A stretch of 64,000 bases of DNA from Bdellovibrionales bacterium (lineage in GTDB: Bacteria > Bdellovibrionota > Bdellovibrionia > Bdellovibrionales > JAGQZY01), in the NCBI GenBank assembly GCA_031426555.1, contig JANPLN010000025.1:64001-128000 (forward strand), in the 5' to 3' direction. Numbering within the stretch: position 1 is the stretch's first letter; the number at the start of each line of letters is the position of its first letter. This document shows, in pieces, positions 9,935 to 19,784 of the stretch. The notes below the pieces were generated by a model, which saw only the letters and a list, made by a program, of their open reading frames with translations, did no database searches and had not been told where the DNA came from. The translations under genes were made by a program, and so were the position numbers.

Positions 9935-10606
9935 ATGCGCAAACTGTTTCTTGCTCCGCTCAAAGCGGAATTTTCCATCCTCTCTCATGCTTTTCAACAA
10001 CAATGGAAGCATGAGAGTTTGCAAATCCAATCACACACTGCTTTGTATTTTCCCGAAGTCGATCTCTACTTGGCTGTAGGCGGCTTGGGTAAAGTGGATA
10101 TGGCTATAAAAACTCAGTTTTGGCTTTCGCACATCTCTGATTGCCAACTGATGGCCTGCGTAGGGTCTGCTGGCAGTTTAGATGAGTCACTAAAAATGGG
10201 CGACATCATCGTTGCTAACAAAACGGTGGAGCATGATTTCAAACAGATTTTTTTCAAAAAACCGCTTCCCGAGTTTCCCATGGGCAGCGCATGGATCGAT
10301 GTTTTGCAACTGTCGCAATATCCACACATTCATCACGCCCCCATAGCCAGTGGCGATGAAGACATTTTGAGCTCCGAACGCCGCCAGGAGCTTTTCAAAC
10401 TCACTGGCGCGCCAGCTGTGGCCTGGGAAGGGGCCGGAGCGGCTCGCGCCTGTGCCTTTTTAAAAATTCCGTATTGTGAAATTCGCGGAATCGCCGACGA
10501 TGTGTCTTCAGATCTGTCATCCAACCCGAAGCAAGATTTTACGAAAAATTTAAACCACTCCATGCTTAAGGTGGCCAGTTGGTTACTTCTCGTGTGCGCG
10601 AATTGA
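9935..10606 (+). CDS. mtnN: 5'-methylthioadenosine/S-adenosylhomocysteine nucleosidase (PNP/MTAN family)
   Basis: Motifs GLGKV, VGSAGSL, IASGD, WEGAG, EIRGIAD. Confidence 0.75.
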   Translation: MRKLFLAPLKAEFSILSHAFQQQWKHESLQIQSHTALYFPEVDLYLAVGGLGKVDMAIKTQFWLSHISDCQLMACVGSAGSLDESLKMGDIIVANKTVEHDFKQIFFKKPLPEFPMGSAWIDVLQLSQYPHIHHAPIASGDEDILSSERRQELFKLTGAPAVAWEGAGAARACAFLKIPYCEIRGIADDVSSDLSSNPKQDFTKNLNHSMLKVASWLLLVCAN

Positions 10607-10607
10607 A

Positions 10608-11714
10608 ATGTTTGTAGCCCTGTTTTTTTCTTTGCTAAACGCGAAAACAACGTACTCACCATCCATGTACTTGGAACAAACTAAAGAGTGTCATTTTCCA
10701 AAAAAATCTCCCACCTACAATGACAGCGAGCTGCTACAACTCGACGTGCTTAGCATGCGTCGCCTCTTTCCCCTGTCGAGCCCGCTGATTTCACAAACGA
10801 CGTTCTTACAAAAACTCAGCGAAGCGCTCTATAAAAACGAAGCCGATTGCAAAAATCACAACCTCACGCATTGGGGTAAAAACGAGGAATTTCCATCCTT
10901 GGGACTCATGCACGCAATTTGGTACGGAAAAAGTTCTTCCAAAAAATACGCAGAGCAATTTCCTGAGCTGATTCGTTATCTGCGAAAAAATATCAGAGCG
11001 TCCGACCAGCAAATTTCGTGGCCCGCACTTTTGCAAAAAAATCCATTGCCACCTGCGCCTTGGGAGTCGCAAGCAGAGTTTGCAGACATTAAAAAAGTGT
11101 CGTTGGCCATCGAAAGCGTTAAAGAGTCTGCGCAGTTAGCGCTTATTCAAAAAAACCAAGCAGCGCTTTACAAAGACGCGTACACCTTGTTTGAAATCCG
11201 CCATTTTTTGTCGAATCCAAAAATTCTTCAGCTGCAGGCACAATTTGTGATCGAAAAAACATTTTTATCTCTGCATCGAATTTTAGCCGCCAGCCATCGC
11301 GAATCGCCGCCAGAGGCACAACTTATGTATCGTAAAATTCAACTCCTTTTGAGTTCCCCAGAGGGAGTCTTGTCCATCGTGGATTATTTAAATTTTAAAG
11401 GCGAAGGACTTAAACCCTCCGAACGCACGCCGATTGAAAAATATCCATGGGGTCTAAAAACTGTGCTCGAAATCATGCCTGCGATGGATCCTGCCGACAC
11501 CAATCAACAACCCAATGTGCAATTCACCCAGGCGGCCCTGTGCTCTCTGCAGCGAATGGCCTACCATTCGGGCTCCGCAGACTCCAAAGACCAATTGCAA
11601 CGTTATGCATGGCTCAACGGCGGCTGGAAAACCCGCATCGAAAGTAATTATTTACCCAATACGTTTTCCACTGTTCGTTGCGCACAAACTGTGACACCAT
11701 TGGAAGCACAATGA
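10608..11714 (+). CDS. Conserved hypothetical protein, possibly lysozyme-like
   Basis: Blocks HWGKNEEFPSLGLMHAIWY, DYLNFKGEG, WGLKTVL, GWKTRI; overlaps arfB by ATGA. Confidence 0.6.
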   Translation: MFVALFFSLLNAKTTYSPSMYLEQTKECHFPKKSPTYNDSELLQLDVLSMRRLFPLSSPLISQTTFLQKLSEALYKNEADCKNHNLTHWGKNEEFPSLGLMHAIWYGKSSSKKYAEQFPELIRYLRKNIRASDQQISWPALLQKNPLPPAPWESQAEFADIKKVSLAIESVKESAQLALIQKNQAALYKDAYTLFEIRHFLSNPKILQLQAQFVIEKTFLSLHRILAASHRESPPEAQLMYRKIQLLLSSPEGVLSIVDYLNFKGEGLKPSERTPIEKYPWGLKTVLEIMPAMDPADTNQQPNVQFTQAALCSLQRMAYHSGSADSKDQLQRYAWLNGGWKTRIESNYLPNTFSTVRCAQTVTPLEAQ

Positions 11715-12124
11715 CGGTGCCATTTATAAAAGATCTTTTTTTTGAATTCGAATTTATCAGCCAGCGAAGCCGGGGTCCGGGCGGCCAAAATGTAAACAAA
11801 ACAAACTCTTCCATTCAATTGCGGTGGAGCTTTTTAGACTCGCAAATTCTTAGCGAAGAACAAAAGTCGATGATTGCCCGAAAACTCAGTGCCATCATCA
11901 GTACAGAAAACGTTTTGTACATTCGCAGCGACGTCCATCGCGATCAAGACATGAACAAAAAAGAAGTTTTGCAAAGACTTCAACAGGCACTCATCAAAGC
12001 TTTTCACAGACCAAAAACCCGCCGCCCCACCAAACCCACAAAAAGCTCCCAACGCAAGCGCGTAGAAACCAAACGCCATAAATCCGAAATCAAAAAATCC
12101 CGCCAAGGCAAATGGACCGACTAG
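11711..12124 (+). CDS. arfB: Alternative ribosome rescue peptidyl-tRNA hydrolase ArfB (YaeJ)
   Basis: RSRGPGGQNVNK (GGQ) and basic tail RRPTKPTKSSQRKRVETK. Confidence 0.93.
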   Translation: MTVPFIKDLFFEFEFISQRSRGPGGQNVNKTNSSIQLRWSFLDSQILSEEQKSMIARKLSAIISTENVLYIRSDVHRDQDMNKKEVLQRLQQALIKAFHRPKTRRPTKPTKSSQRKRVETKRHKSEIKKSRQGKWTD

Positions 12125-12141
12125 GGATATTTCCGACGGGC

Positions 12142-12327
12142 AAATTTCCAGGAATTTTTGAGTATTGCGGTTTTCTTTTAAAAAACAAAATAGGTACTTT
12201 TAGGACACGCTCATCCGTGGCTCAACTGTTGTCGCTTCGCGATCGCGTCACGCTCAACAGAGGTCCCAAAAGCACCTATTTTGTTTTTTAAAAGAAAACC
12301 GCAATACTCAAAAATTCCTAAAAATTT
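12142..12327. repeat. Long inverted repeat (REPIN/MITE-like)
   Basis: Arms 12142-12206 and 12263-12327 (65 bp) are reverse complements with 4 mismatches. Confidence 0.85.
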
Positions 12328-12468
12328 CTCGTCCTCAATTCAACGCTTGGAGACTATTTTTCGACACATTTTCATACCTGGTTACAGTACTTCTCTTCTG
12401 TGTGAGCGCAATCGTGTTGATTGGTGGCGTTTTAATATTGTTGATCCAGACGATGCAATCTCCTTCCG

Positions 12469-12508
12469 GCGACAACAGTTGAGCCATGGATGAGCATGTC
12501 CCAAAAAG
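12469..12508 (-). repeat. Inverted copy of the repeat core
   Basis: Reverse complement CTTTTTGGGACATGCTCATCCATGGCTCAACTGTTGTCGC closely matches 12197-12235. Confidence 0.8.
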
Positions 12509-12570
12509 AGAGATTTTAAATCTTGGAGAAAAAAAGAACCCCCCAAATTCGAAAAATGTGTCTGTAAACC

Positions 12571-13788
12571 TTAGTTAGGTAGAGTTCGTTCGCGGATGAC
12601 GAGGTAGGATAGCAACAAGGCCGTAAAAGACACAATCACGGCAAGCACTCCCACCCAGCCATAATTGTGTAAAAGTCCATTGGAGTCTCTCGTAACAATG
12701 GCGCCCGCTATCACTGCGCCGAGTCCGGCCATGAGTTGTTGAATGCAGCCGACGAAGCTCATAAATGAGCCACGATACTCTGGACTTGGCACGCTGGAGA
12801 TAAGTGCCAGTGCGGGAACCCAACGGGCATTCACACAAATAAAAAATAATCCGACGATAGTGAGCGTGAGATAGATGGATTGCACTGACAGATGCGTAAT
12901 CCACAAAGTTACAAAAATGGAAGAGATCAAACCGTACTTAAAAACCTTGTGTTTGCCAACTTGATCCGACAGGCGCCCCACAAACGGTCCCGTGATAAAT
13001 GTGAGCGTGCCGCCAACCAGGTAGATAAATGGCAGTTGAGATTCTTTAAGCCCCGCATTTGCAACGAGCGACGGACTTAAAAAGGGAATGATCATAAATT
13101 GTCCCAAAACAAGAAAGCCACCAAAGGCCAAGGCCCAAAGCTGTCCCGGCGTCTTGAATATATGTAGGAGTGGATCTAAAACCGGTTTGCGCACTCGGTT
13201 TTCAACAAGGTGGGAAGATTGTTTCGGTATCCACAAAATGATCATTGGAAATATTAAAAACGAAACTCCGGCTAAAAATAAAAAGCTACTATGCCATCCC
13301 CACAGGTTCGCCAAAAACAAAGCAAAGGGAACACCAGCGATGGACGCTAGCGAAAACGCCGTGGAGATCACACCCATGGCAGTTCCGCGTTTTTCATAGG
13401 GGATGACGTCGCTCACGATGGAAAGAACCACGGAGTTTAAAACCCCACCAAATACGCCCGTTAAAGCACGGGATAGCAATAGGAGCTCGTAGGTAGGTGC
13501 AAGGGCGCATGCAAGGGTGCCAACGCAAAAACCAATAAAAAAGAATATCAGCAATTTCTTGCGATCGTACTGATCCATTATAAACGATGCTAAAAATCCC
13601 GAGATTCCCGCACAAAAGGTGTAGCTTGAAACCAACCAACTAAACTGCGTGGTAGTGATTGAAAAAAGACGCATGAGTTGAGGCCCTAAGGGCATCAAAA
13701 TCATAAAATCAACAATGTGATTGAATTGAATGGCAGCAAGAATAAACAGCAGGATTTTCTCCTGCCGACTGAAGGAGATTTTCACCAA
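12571..13788 (-). CDS. MFS transporter (DHA1-like)
   Basis: About 12 TM helices; motif A-like DQYDRK and RLSDQVGK; motif B SRALTG; motif C AGVPF. Confidence 0.9.
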   Translation of the reverse strand: MVKISFSRQEKILLFILAAIQFNHIVDFMILMPLGPQLMRLFSITTTQFSWLVSSYTFCAGISGFLASFIMDQYDRKKLLIFFFIGFCVGTLACALAPTYELLLLSRALTGVFGGVLNSVVLSIVSDVIPYEKRGTAMGVISTAFSLASIAGVPFALFLANLWGWHSSFLFLAGVSFLIFPMIILWIPKQSSHLVENRVRKPVLDPLLHIFKTPGQLWALAFGGFLVLGQFMIIPFLSPSLVANAGLKESQLPFIYLVGGTLTFITGPFVGRLSDQVGKHKVFKYGLISSIFVTLWITHLSVQSIYLTLTIVGLFFICVNARWVPALALISSVPSPEYRGSFMSFVGCIQQLMAGLGAVIAGAIVTRDSNGLLHNYGWVGVLAVIVSFTALLLSYLVIRERTLPN

Positions 13789-13835
13789 GCCAGGATAGAG
13801 TTGCCGTTCATCTCAGTCAATACTAGAATCTAAAC

Positions 13836-15122
13836 ATGACGCTGGTTTTTTTGCTTTTCGCAATTTTACACACCCACGCCGCAGAATTTGAGTGGTCTGG
13901 CGAAGTTCGCGGCGAAGGCCATGCGTATGCAAACGAATTGACCTCCCCCACACGTCAGTACGACGGCATCTTACAGAGCATCATGGATTTTGATGTCAAA
14001 TTTAACCGCCGCAGTCGCTTGCACTTTAAACCCAATTTACGCAGCAATTTATCCACCCAACAACATCCCGAAAATCTTTTTTTAAACCTGCAAGAGGCTT
14101 ACTGGGAAATAAAACTTGAACCTTTAAAAATAAAAATTGGCTCCAACACCCATAATTGGGGCGTACTCGACGGCTACAGCACCATGGACGTCATAAACGG
14201 CCGCGTTCTTTTCAATCCACTCTCATCGGAAAAACGCGGGGCCCCCGGCGTTCAGCTCTCCTCGGAGTTTGGTTCCTTGCAAGTGCAAGCCTTGTATATT
14301 CCTTTGCAAGCGCGAACACTCTTTCCCTCCACCGACAGTCGCTGGCTTCCGCGGGAGGTTTTGGTCAATGCCTCTACGGCCGATCAAACCATATTGCTCC
14401 CTTCGTCATTTCGTTACTACTATCCGGGATACCAGGAATTACAAAAGGCCCTGGAAAATAATTACGGCTTCAAATTGGATTATCGCTACAACGATTTTGA
14501 CACCTCGGTGATGTTTTTTGAAGGCACGTCCATCACACCACAAACCCGTATTTTATTTGCCGCCGATGTGGTGTCCATCAATCCCGATGTGTTGCAGGCG
14601 CGCTCGGACATTGGAATTATCCCCGTTTATTTTAAACAAAGAACTGTGGGCTCAAGTATCACGTGGACGCAGGACAGTTTTGTTTTGAAACTCGAATCGA
14701 CCTATGCCGATAGCATTCCCAACGACCCCATTATCCCCCCATGGTCATGGCAAAACGGGATTGGCCTTGAAATCCCCTGGACACTCACCGACACCACAAC
14801 TGCCACGATTTTACTTCAAACGTATTACGGAGAGAATGAAGATGCTCTGGACAATATGATGAGCTCCTCAACGCGCCTCTTCGATCGCAGTGTGCTGTTG
14901 GGACTTCGTGTTTCTTTTTCCACAGAAACCAATTGTACAGCGTCTTTCCTTTATAATTATCGCGACGAGAGTTTTTACGCACGTTTGCAAGCGGAAACCA
15001 AATGGAGCCAAAGCTGGAAGTCGTCACTCACCTTAGACCTGCTCCAGGGCGATGACAGTACGCTGCTGGGAACTTACAACAAAAACGACCGCGCCATGGT
15101 CTCACTGTCGTACTTATGGTAA
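13836..15122 (+). CDS. Outer-membrane beta-barrel (DUF1302-like)
   Basis: Signal peptide; LQEAYWE..KIG..NWGVLD..DVIN pattern; C-terminal SLSYLW; near an MMPL/LolA-like gene. Confidence 0.65.
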   Translation: MTLVFLLFAILHTHAAEFEWSGEVRGEGHAYANELTSPTRQYDGILQSIMDFDVKFNRRSRLHFKPNLRSNLSTQQHPENLFLNLQEAYWEIKLEPLKIKIGSNTHNWGVLDGYSTMDVINGRVLFNPLSSEKRGAPGVQLSSEFGSLQVQALYIPLQARTLFPSTDSRWLPREVLVNASTADQTILLPSSFRYYYPGYQELQKALENNYGFKLDYRYNDFDTSVMFFEGTSITPQTRILFAADVVSINPDVLQARSDIGIIPVYFKQRTVGSSITWTQDSFVLKLESTYADSIPNDPIIPPWSWQNGIGLEIPWTLTDTTTATILLQTYYGENEDALDNMMSSSTRLFDRSVLLGLRVSFSTETNCTASFLYNYRDESFYARLQAETKWSQSWKSSLTLDLLQGDDSTLLGTYNKNDRAMVSLSYLW

Positions 15123-15141
15123 AGACCTTGCGGAGCAGGGC

Positions 15142-16626
15142 CTAATTACCAGGCGCATACTCCAGAACAAGCCAGTTTTCGTTGCCTGAAAGGGCCTGGG
15201 GACGCAGTAGCGCCTGGCCTCCCACTTCGATGGCCGGCAACGGGGTGGCCCAACGAAAATCCTTCAGCGACGACGCCATCTGTTGGCCAAAAAAGCTCGC
15301 ACTCAAAAACTGAAATGGCCGAAACGTCTTTAAGTACAAATCACTCCATTTAAATTTTAAATTCATTTTTGGCTGATGAAATCCAAGAGCCAATTTTCCT
15401 TCATAAACCCGCAACCAGGCTTGTGACTGAAAGGGCGACGAAAAATTGCCATACTCACGAGCCCCCACACTCTCCGGTGTTTTTGTCAGTACAGACAGTT
15501 CTGTATTTAAAGAGAACCAAGCACTGCCCTTGTGGAGACTGCTCAGTTTGACCTCTGGTTTTTTCTTCGCGCCGAGTTCGAACGAAAAAGCAGCGTTTTT
15601 TCTAAAGTTGAGCAAATCAGGCCACAAAAAGAACTGAAACAAGCGACTGCGAAACAAGCTGGATAACCCAGGGATCTGTTGCGCAAGGTAGCTCTTGTAA
15701 AAAAAGCCGCTCTCGTGCAGTGACTCCACTAAAGCGGTAATATATTTTTGCGAAACAAAAAAGCCGTTTTGCGAAAGTTGCGAAAACTCTTCTTTGCTCA
15801 GACTGGCTTCGATGTATTTTTGCTCGTCCTTCGAATGTTTGATGTTAGCTTTTACAATACCCGCTAAAAGGAGTTGCCCAGTAACCTCATCCATCTCCAA
15901 GGCTTTCGGAGCGAGCACAACTTCGATGTCAGAATTGAGAGCCATTTGTTTTTCAGCAAACAACTGGGAATGAATGGACGCCACTTTTTTATCGATCTGT
16001 GATTGAAAAGGCTGCGTTAAAACGTCCTGCATTTTTTGCTTGTTGGATATAAAATCGCGCAGCTGTTCTTCGAGCGCTTGCTGATAGCCCTTGGGGCCTT
16101 CACACGCCTCCACACTCATCGTCCATCGTTGCTCGTTTTGCGATTCAAGACCCTGCAAAAACGCTCCCAGAGCCTGGTTCTTAACACCCAAGCGCACGCT
16201 TCCATTCAGTTCTAAGGCGTCCTCTGTGGTGATCACAAGATTGCGGCATTCCCCTTTTAAGTAAATAGTGGCTTGCACGCCACCCACATTTTTTTTGATC
16301 ACTGCGTCGGTTTTGATCTTTCCAATTTTTAAAGATCCCTTTTCTAAACGCAGCACATAACTATACTTGGTGGGTTCGACCGTCGGCTGCAATGTAAGAG
16401 CGTAAGCAAAATCCATCTGGATGTTTTCAGCAGAGGATTGGTATTCGCCTCCGATGTTCCAGGATGGAACGGTAAAACTTTCCGTCCCCATCAAAGGTTC
16501 TTTGAGCAGCGACGCTGTATAGCTCTGTGGCCCCACCGCAAAGTAGAAATCTGATGCTATTTGTACATCCGCTCGACATACGCTCCAAAACAACCAACAA
16601 CTGATAAAGAATAATATTTTAAACAT
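15142..16626 (-). CDS. Exported hypothetical protein (beta-rich, possibly lipid-binding)
   Basis: 494-aa ORF with signal peptide, divergent from the MMPL gene. Confidence 0.65.
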   Translation of the reverse strand: MFKILFFISCWLFWSVCRADVQIASDFYFAVGPQSYTASLLKEPLMGTESFTVPSWNIGGEYQSSAENIQMDFAYALTLQPTVEPTKYSYVLRLEKGSLKIGKIKTDAVIKKNVGGVQATIYLKGECRNLVITTEDALELNGSVRLGVKNQALGAFLQGLESQNEQRWTMSVEACEGPKGYQQALEEQLRDFISNKQKMQDVLTQPFQSQIDKKVASIHSQLFAEKQMALNSDIEVVLAPKALEMDEVTGQLLLAGIVKANIKHSKDEQKYIEASLSKEEFSQLSQNGFFVSQKYITALVESLHESGFFYKSYLAQQIPGLSSLFRSRLFQFFLWPDLLNFRKNAAFSFELGAKKKPEVKLSSLHKGSAWFSLNTELSVLTKTPESVGAREYGNFSSPFQSQAWLRVYEGKLALGFHQPKMNLKFKWSDLYLKTFRPFQFLSASFFGQQMASSLKDFRWATPLPAIEVGGQALLRPQALSGNENWLVLEYAPGN

Positions 16627-16632
16627 GCGCAG

Positions 16633-16682
16633 TTATCGGCAGGAAACTTCTGGACTAAAGTATCCGCCGAAGATTCCGTTAA
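16633..16682. promoter_or_regulatory. Divergent sigma28-like promoter pair
   Basis: Minus strand: TTTAGTCC-N11-GCCGATAA (16659-16633). Plus strand: TAAAGTAT-N11-TCCGTTAA (16656-16682). Confidence 0.5.
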
Positions 16683-16761
16683 GAACCTGACTCTAATACA
16701 AAAGGACAGCGTTCTGAAAACTATATGCACAAAAATTATTAAAAGAATCGGTAAAAGCAAG

Positions 16762-19700
16762 GTGTCAGCCATCGCTGTCTTCCTTTTGTTCATTATTCTG
16801 AACGTTTTCTTTTTTCAAAAAGTATTAAATATAAAAAGTCACTACTCCCTGGATCAGTTCCAACCCAAGGAGCACCCGCTCCTCACCATGGATCACAACG
16901 TCCGTGAGCGTTTTAAAATTTCTAATTCCTTACCTTATTTAGTGCTGTTACGTTCCACCACCGGCAAAAGTTGGATTCATGGGCAGTATATGGACGAACT
17001 TTCTCGTCTCACAAAGGAAATCAAAAAAATTCCCCAAGTTAAAAGTATTTTGAGTTTGGCAAATATCGAAACCGCTCTCACCGACGAAAGCAGTTTTAAT
17101 GTGGGGCGAATTAAAGACATCACGCAAAACGCCCAGCAACGGCAGCAATTCTTAAAAGACCCACTCCTTGCCCCGCATTTGATTTCGAACGACGGAAGAC
17201 ACACAGCTCTGGTCATCGAAACCAAAACCCTTTCGTTTAAAGAACAGCTTGTTTTTATGGACAAGATGAAAACAGTCACTTCAAGCAAACCGTCATTTTA
17301 TAATTCTGAAATTGGCGGTCCTCCAGCCATCAGCGCGCAGATGGCCAATTTGTTAGGTAGCGAGATCACCCTTTATTCTGCTCTTTCTTTATTTATTTCC
17401 CTGACGATACTTTTTGCAATTTTTAGAAATCCCAGCGTGTTAGTCATTAGCTTTGTGATCATTGTGACGTCGAACATCGTTGCGGTAGGGCTTCTTTCCT
17501 ACCTTGGCATTTCGTTAACGGTCCTCTCGAGCACGGTTCCCATCATCGTCACCCTCACGGCTCTCTCCATGACAACGCAGACCCTGTCTCGACTGGCCGA
17601 CTTTAAAGACAAGGTGCTCGAAAAGCATCGCCGCCTTGTGGTTTTTAAGGTGATGAAATCTCTACTGGGTTCGCACGTGATTGCAACAGTGACCACAATC
17701 ATGGGCTTTGCCACTCTGATCAGCTCCAAAATTCCAATTATCTCAGATTACGGAATCAGCGTGACGATTTCTATTTTGGCCACGGCCATCGTTTGTTTAT
17801 CATTACTCACTTTTTGTACGCTGATGTTTCCAATTCCCATTAAACGCAAAGCTCGTTTCTCTACCGACAGCATCGTGGAAGCCATGCTTGTTTACAGAAA
17901 GCCTTTATTTTGGGGAATTGCGTCGCTATCCGTCTGCGGTGGTATTCTTGGCGCCTATCTCAATTGGGCAACGCTTCTGTTTGACGATCTCCCAAAGCAG
18001 CATCCGGTAAAAGTCGCAACACTCTCGGCCGAAAAAAAGCTAGGAGGAGTGATCCCCCTCGAAATTTCTGTGGGCAGCACCACTTTAAAAGAACCCTGGA
18101 AACGGGCCGACAACATTCATAAACTTGATCGGTTAATCAAACAATGGAGACAACTGCCTGGTGTGGGCGGAGTGATTTCCTATTCGGACTTTATAAAGGC
18201 TACCAACCACAAACGTCAGATTGCTTCAAAAAACGAATCCATTGCGCAGACGTTGTTTATCTATTCTATGTCGAACAACAATCCCCTGGAACATTTCACA
18301 ACTCTCAACAATCAGTTCGTGCGCGTCTCCTTGCGAATTAAAGATATTCCCTCGGATCAAGTGCAACTGATGATTCAAGGTATAGTGAGCCAGCTGAACG
18401 AGTCCTTTCCAAAGATGGACGTTGAAACTTCGGGTCTCGCCGCCACCGTGCATCCCATCAACCAAAGCCTTTCCATGGATTTGATTTACGGTTTTTACAC
18501 GGCCATGCTCTGGATTATTTTGATGTTAATCTTCGTTTTTAGATCAGTGCGCTGGGCTCTAGTGTCGGCCATTCCAAATCTCGTTCCACCAGCACTGTTA
18601 CTGGGAATTCTGTCACTCACCAACACTCCCATTAAACCGGGAATCGCCATTATTTTTGCCATCTCTTTAGGAATTGCTTTTAACAACACGGTTTATATTT
18701 TAGGCAAGCTTAAAAAGATGACCAAAGATCTGACTTTTCGCGAACTCCCCATCGAACAACTGATGAAGGAAGAATTTGCCCCTTGTCTCCTCTCAAGCCT
18801 CGCCGTTATGGCAGGGTTCTCGGTATTTTTATTTTCCTATTTCAATATGAATCAGCTGTTTGGAACGTTTATGCTCCTTTCAGTTGTTGCAGGACTTTTG
18901 GGTGATCTAGTTCTTTTGCCAACCATGCTGTCTCTCTTCCCTGCGCTGCTATTAAAACCGATAATGAAAGAAACCCTATTCACATCTGCGAGGCTGTTCA
19001 TGCTCAAAAAACAAAAATACATTGTTGGTTCGTTTATCGTCTGTTGCGTTCTTGTCTACGGAAGTATTACCAAAGCAGCAACCCCTGATGCCATGGACAT
19101 TTTAAATAAGGTGGCAAAAGCTGGCACCACTGCCAACGAGCAGGCCGAAATTAAAATGAAAATCCAAGAGCCCGATGGCTCCGTTCGCGAACGCAGTTTG
19201 CTGATTAAAAAGAAACAACAAAAAGCCATGGTCAAACTGCTTAGCCCCTCTGACTTAAAGGGCGTGGGTCTGTTAACCGTTTCCAAGCAGGCCAACGACG
19301 AAGACCAATGGCTCTACTTGCCCACGGAAAAGCGCTCCCGCCGAATCACGGGCTCCAACAAAAAAGGACGCTTCCTCGACTCAGAACTCAGCTTCGAAGA
19401 CATGAGTGTTTCCACTTACAAAAATTTTACGAACACCGTTCTTGAGACAAAAAAACAAGGCGATAAAACCATCGCTCTGATTGAAAGCAAAGCCAAAAAG
19501 CAATCAGACTCCACTTATAGCAAGATTAAAACCTGGGTTGATATCACGCAGTACCGTATTTTAAAAGCCGAATACTACGATGAAGACGGCGAGCTGCTAA
19601 AGATTATGACGTTTAATAACTACAAAAAGTATCAATCATCGTGGCGCGCGCAAAACGTGACGGTGAAGAATGTGAAAAAGAACCGCGGGACCACTCTCGA

Positions 19701-19767
19701 GATAAAAAACATCTCCATGAAGAAGCTGCCCGATAGCGAATTCACCATCAGCGCCCTCGAGGAGTAA
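16762..19767 (+). CDS. MMPL/RND transporter fused to C-terminal LolA-like (outer-membrane lipoprotein-sorting) domain
   Basis: Two RND halves (GGP, AIPNLVP, GDLVLLP) then DQWLYLP...FLDSELSFEDM...YSKIKTWVD. Confidence 0.85.
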   Translation: MSAIAVFLLFIILNVFFFQKVLNIKSHYSLDQFQPKEHPLLTMDHNVRERFKISNSLPYLVLLRSTTGKSWIHGQYMDELSRLTKEIKKIPQVKSILSLANIETALTDESSFNVGRIKDITQNAQQRQQFLKDPLLAPHLISNDGRHTALVIETKTLSFKEQLVFMDKMKTVTSSKPSFYNSEIGGPPAISAQMANLLGSEITLYSALSLFISLTILFAIFRNPSVLVISFVIIVTSNIVAVGLLSYLGISLTVLSSTVPIIVTLTALSMTTQTLSRLADFKDKVLEKHRRLVVFKVMKSLLGSHVIATVTTIMGFATLISSKIPIISDYGISVTISILATAIVCLSLLTFCTLMFPIPIKRKARFSTDSIVEAMLVYRKPLFWGIASLSVCGGILGAYLNWATLLFDDLPKQHPVKVATLSAEKKLGGVIPLEISVGSTTLKEPWKRADNIHKLDRLIKQWRQLPGVGGVISYSDFIKATNHKRQIASKNESIAQTLFIYSMSNNNPLEHFTTLNNQFVRVSLRIKDIPSDQVQLMIQGIVSQLNESFPKMDVETSGLAATVHPINQSLSMDLIYGFYTAMLWIILMLIFVFRSVRWALVSAIPNLVPPALLLGILSLTNTPIKPGIAIIFAISLGIAFNNTVYILGKLKKMTKDLTFRELPIEQLMKEEFAPCLLSSLAVMAGFSVFLFSYFNMNQLFGTFMLLSVVAGLLGDLVLLPTMLSLFPALLLKPIMKETLFTSARLFMLKKQKYIVGSFIVCCVLVYGSITKAATPDAMDILNKVAKAGTTANEQAEIKMKIQEPDGSVRERSLLIKKKQQKAMVKLLSPSDLKGVGLLTVSKQANDEDQWLYLPTEKRSRRITGSNKKGRFLDSELSFEDMSVSTYKNFTNTVLETKKQGDKTIALIESKAKKQSDSTYSKIKTWVDITQYRILKAEYYDEDGELLKIMTFNNYKKYQSSWRAQNVTVKNVKKNRGTTLEIKNISMKKLPDSEFTISALEE

Positions 19768-19784
19768 ATAGGTCCTGGCACCGC

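Noticed and set aside
12142..12562. CRISPR array or coding ORF 12281..12493
   Set aside because: Repeats are inverted, not regularly spaced direct repeats. The ORF lacks an RBS and runs through the repeat.
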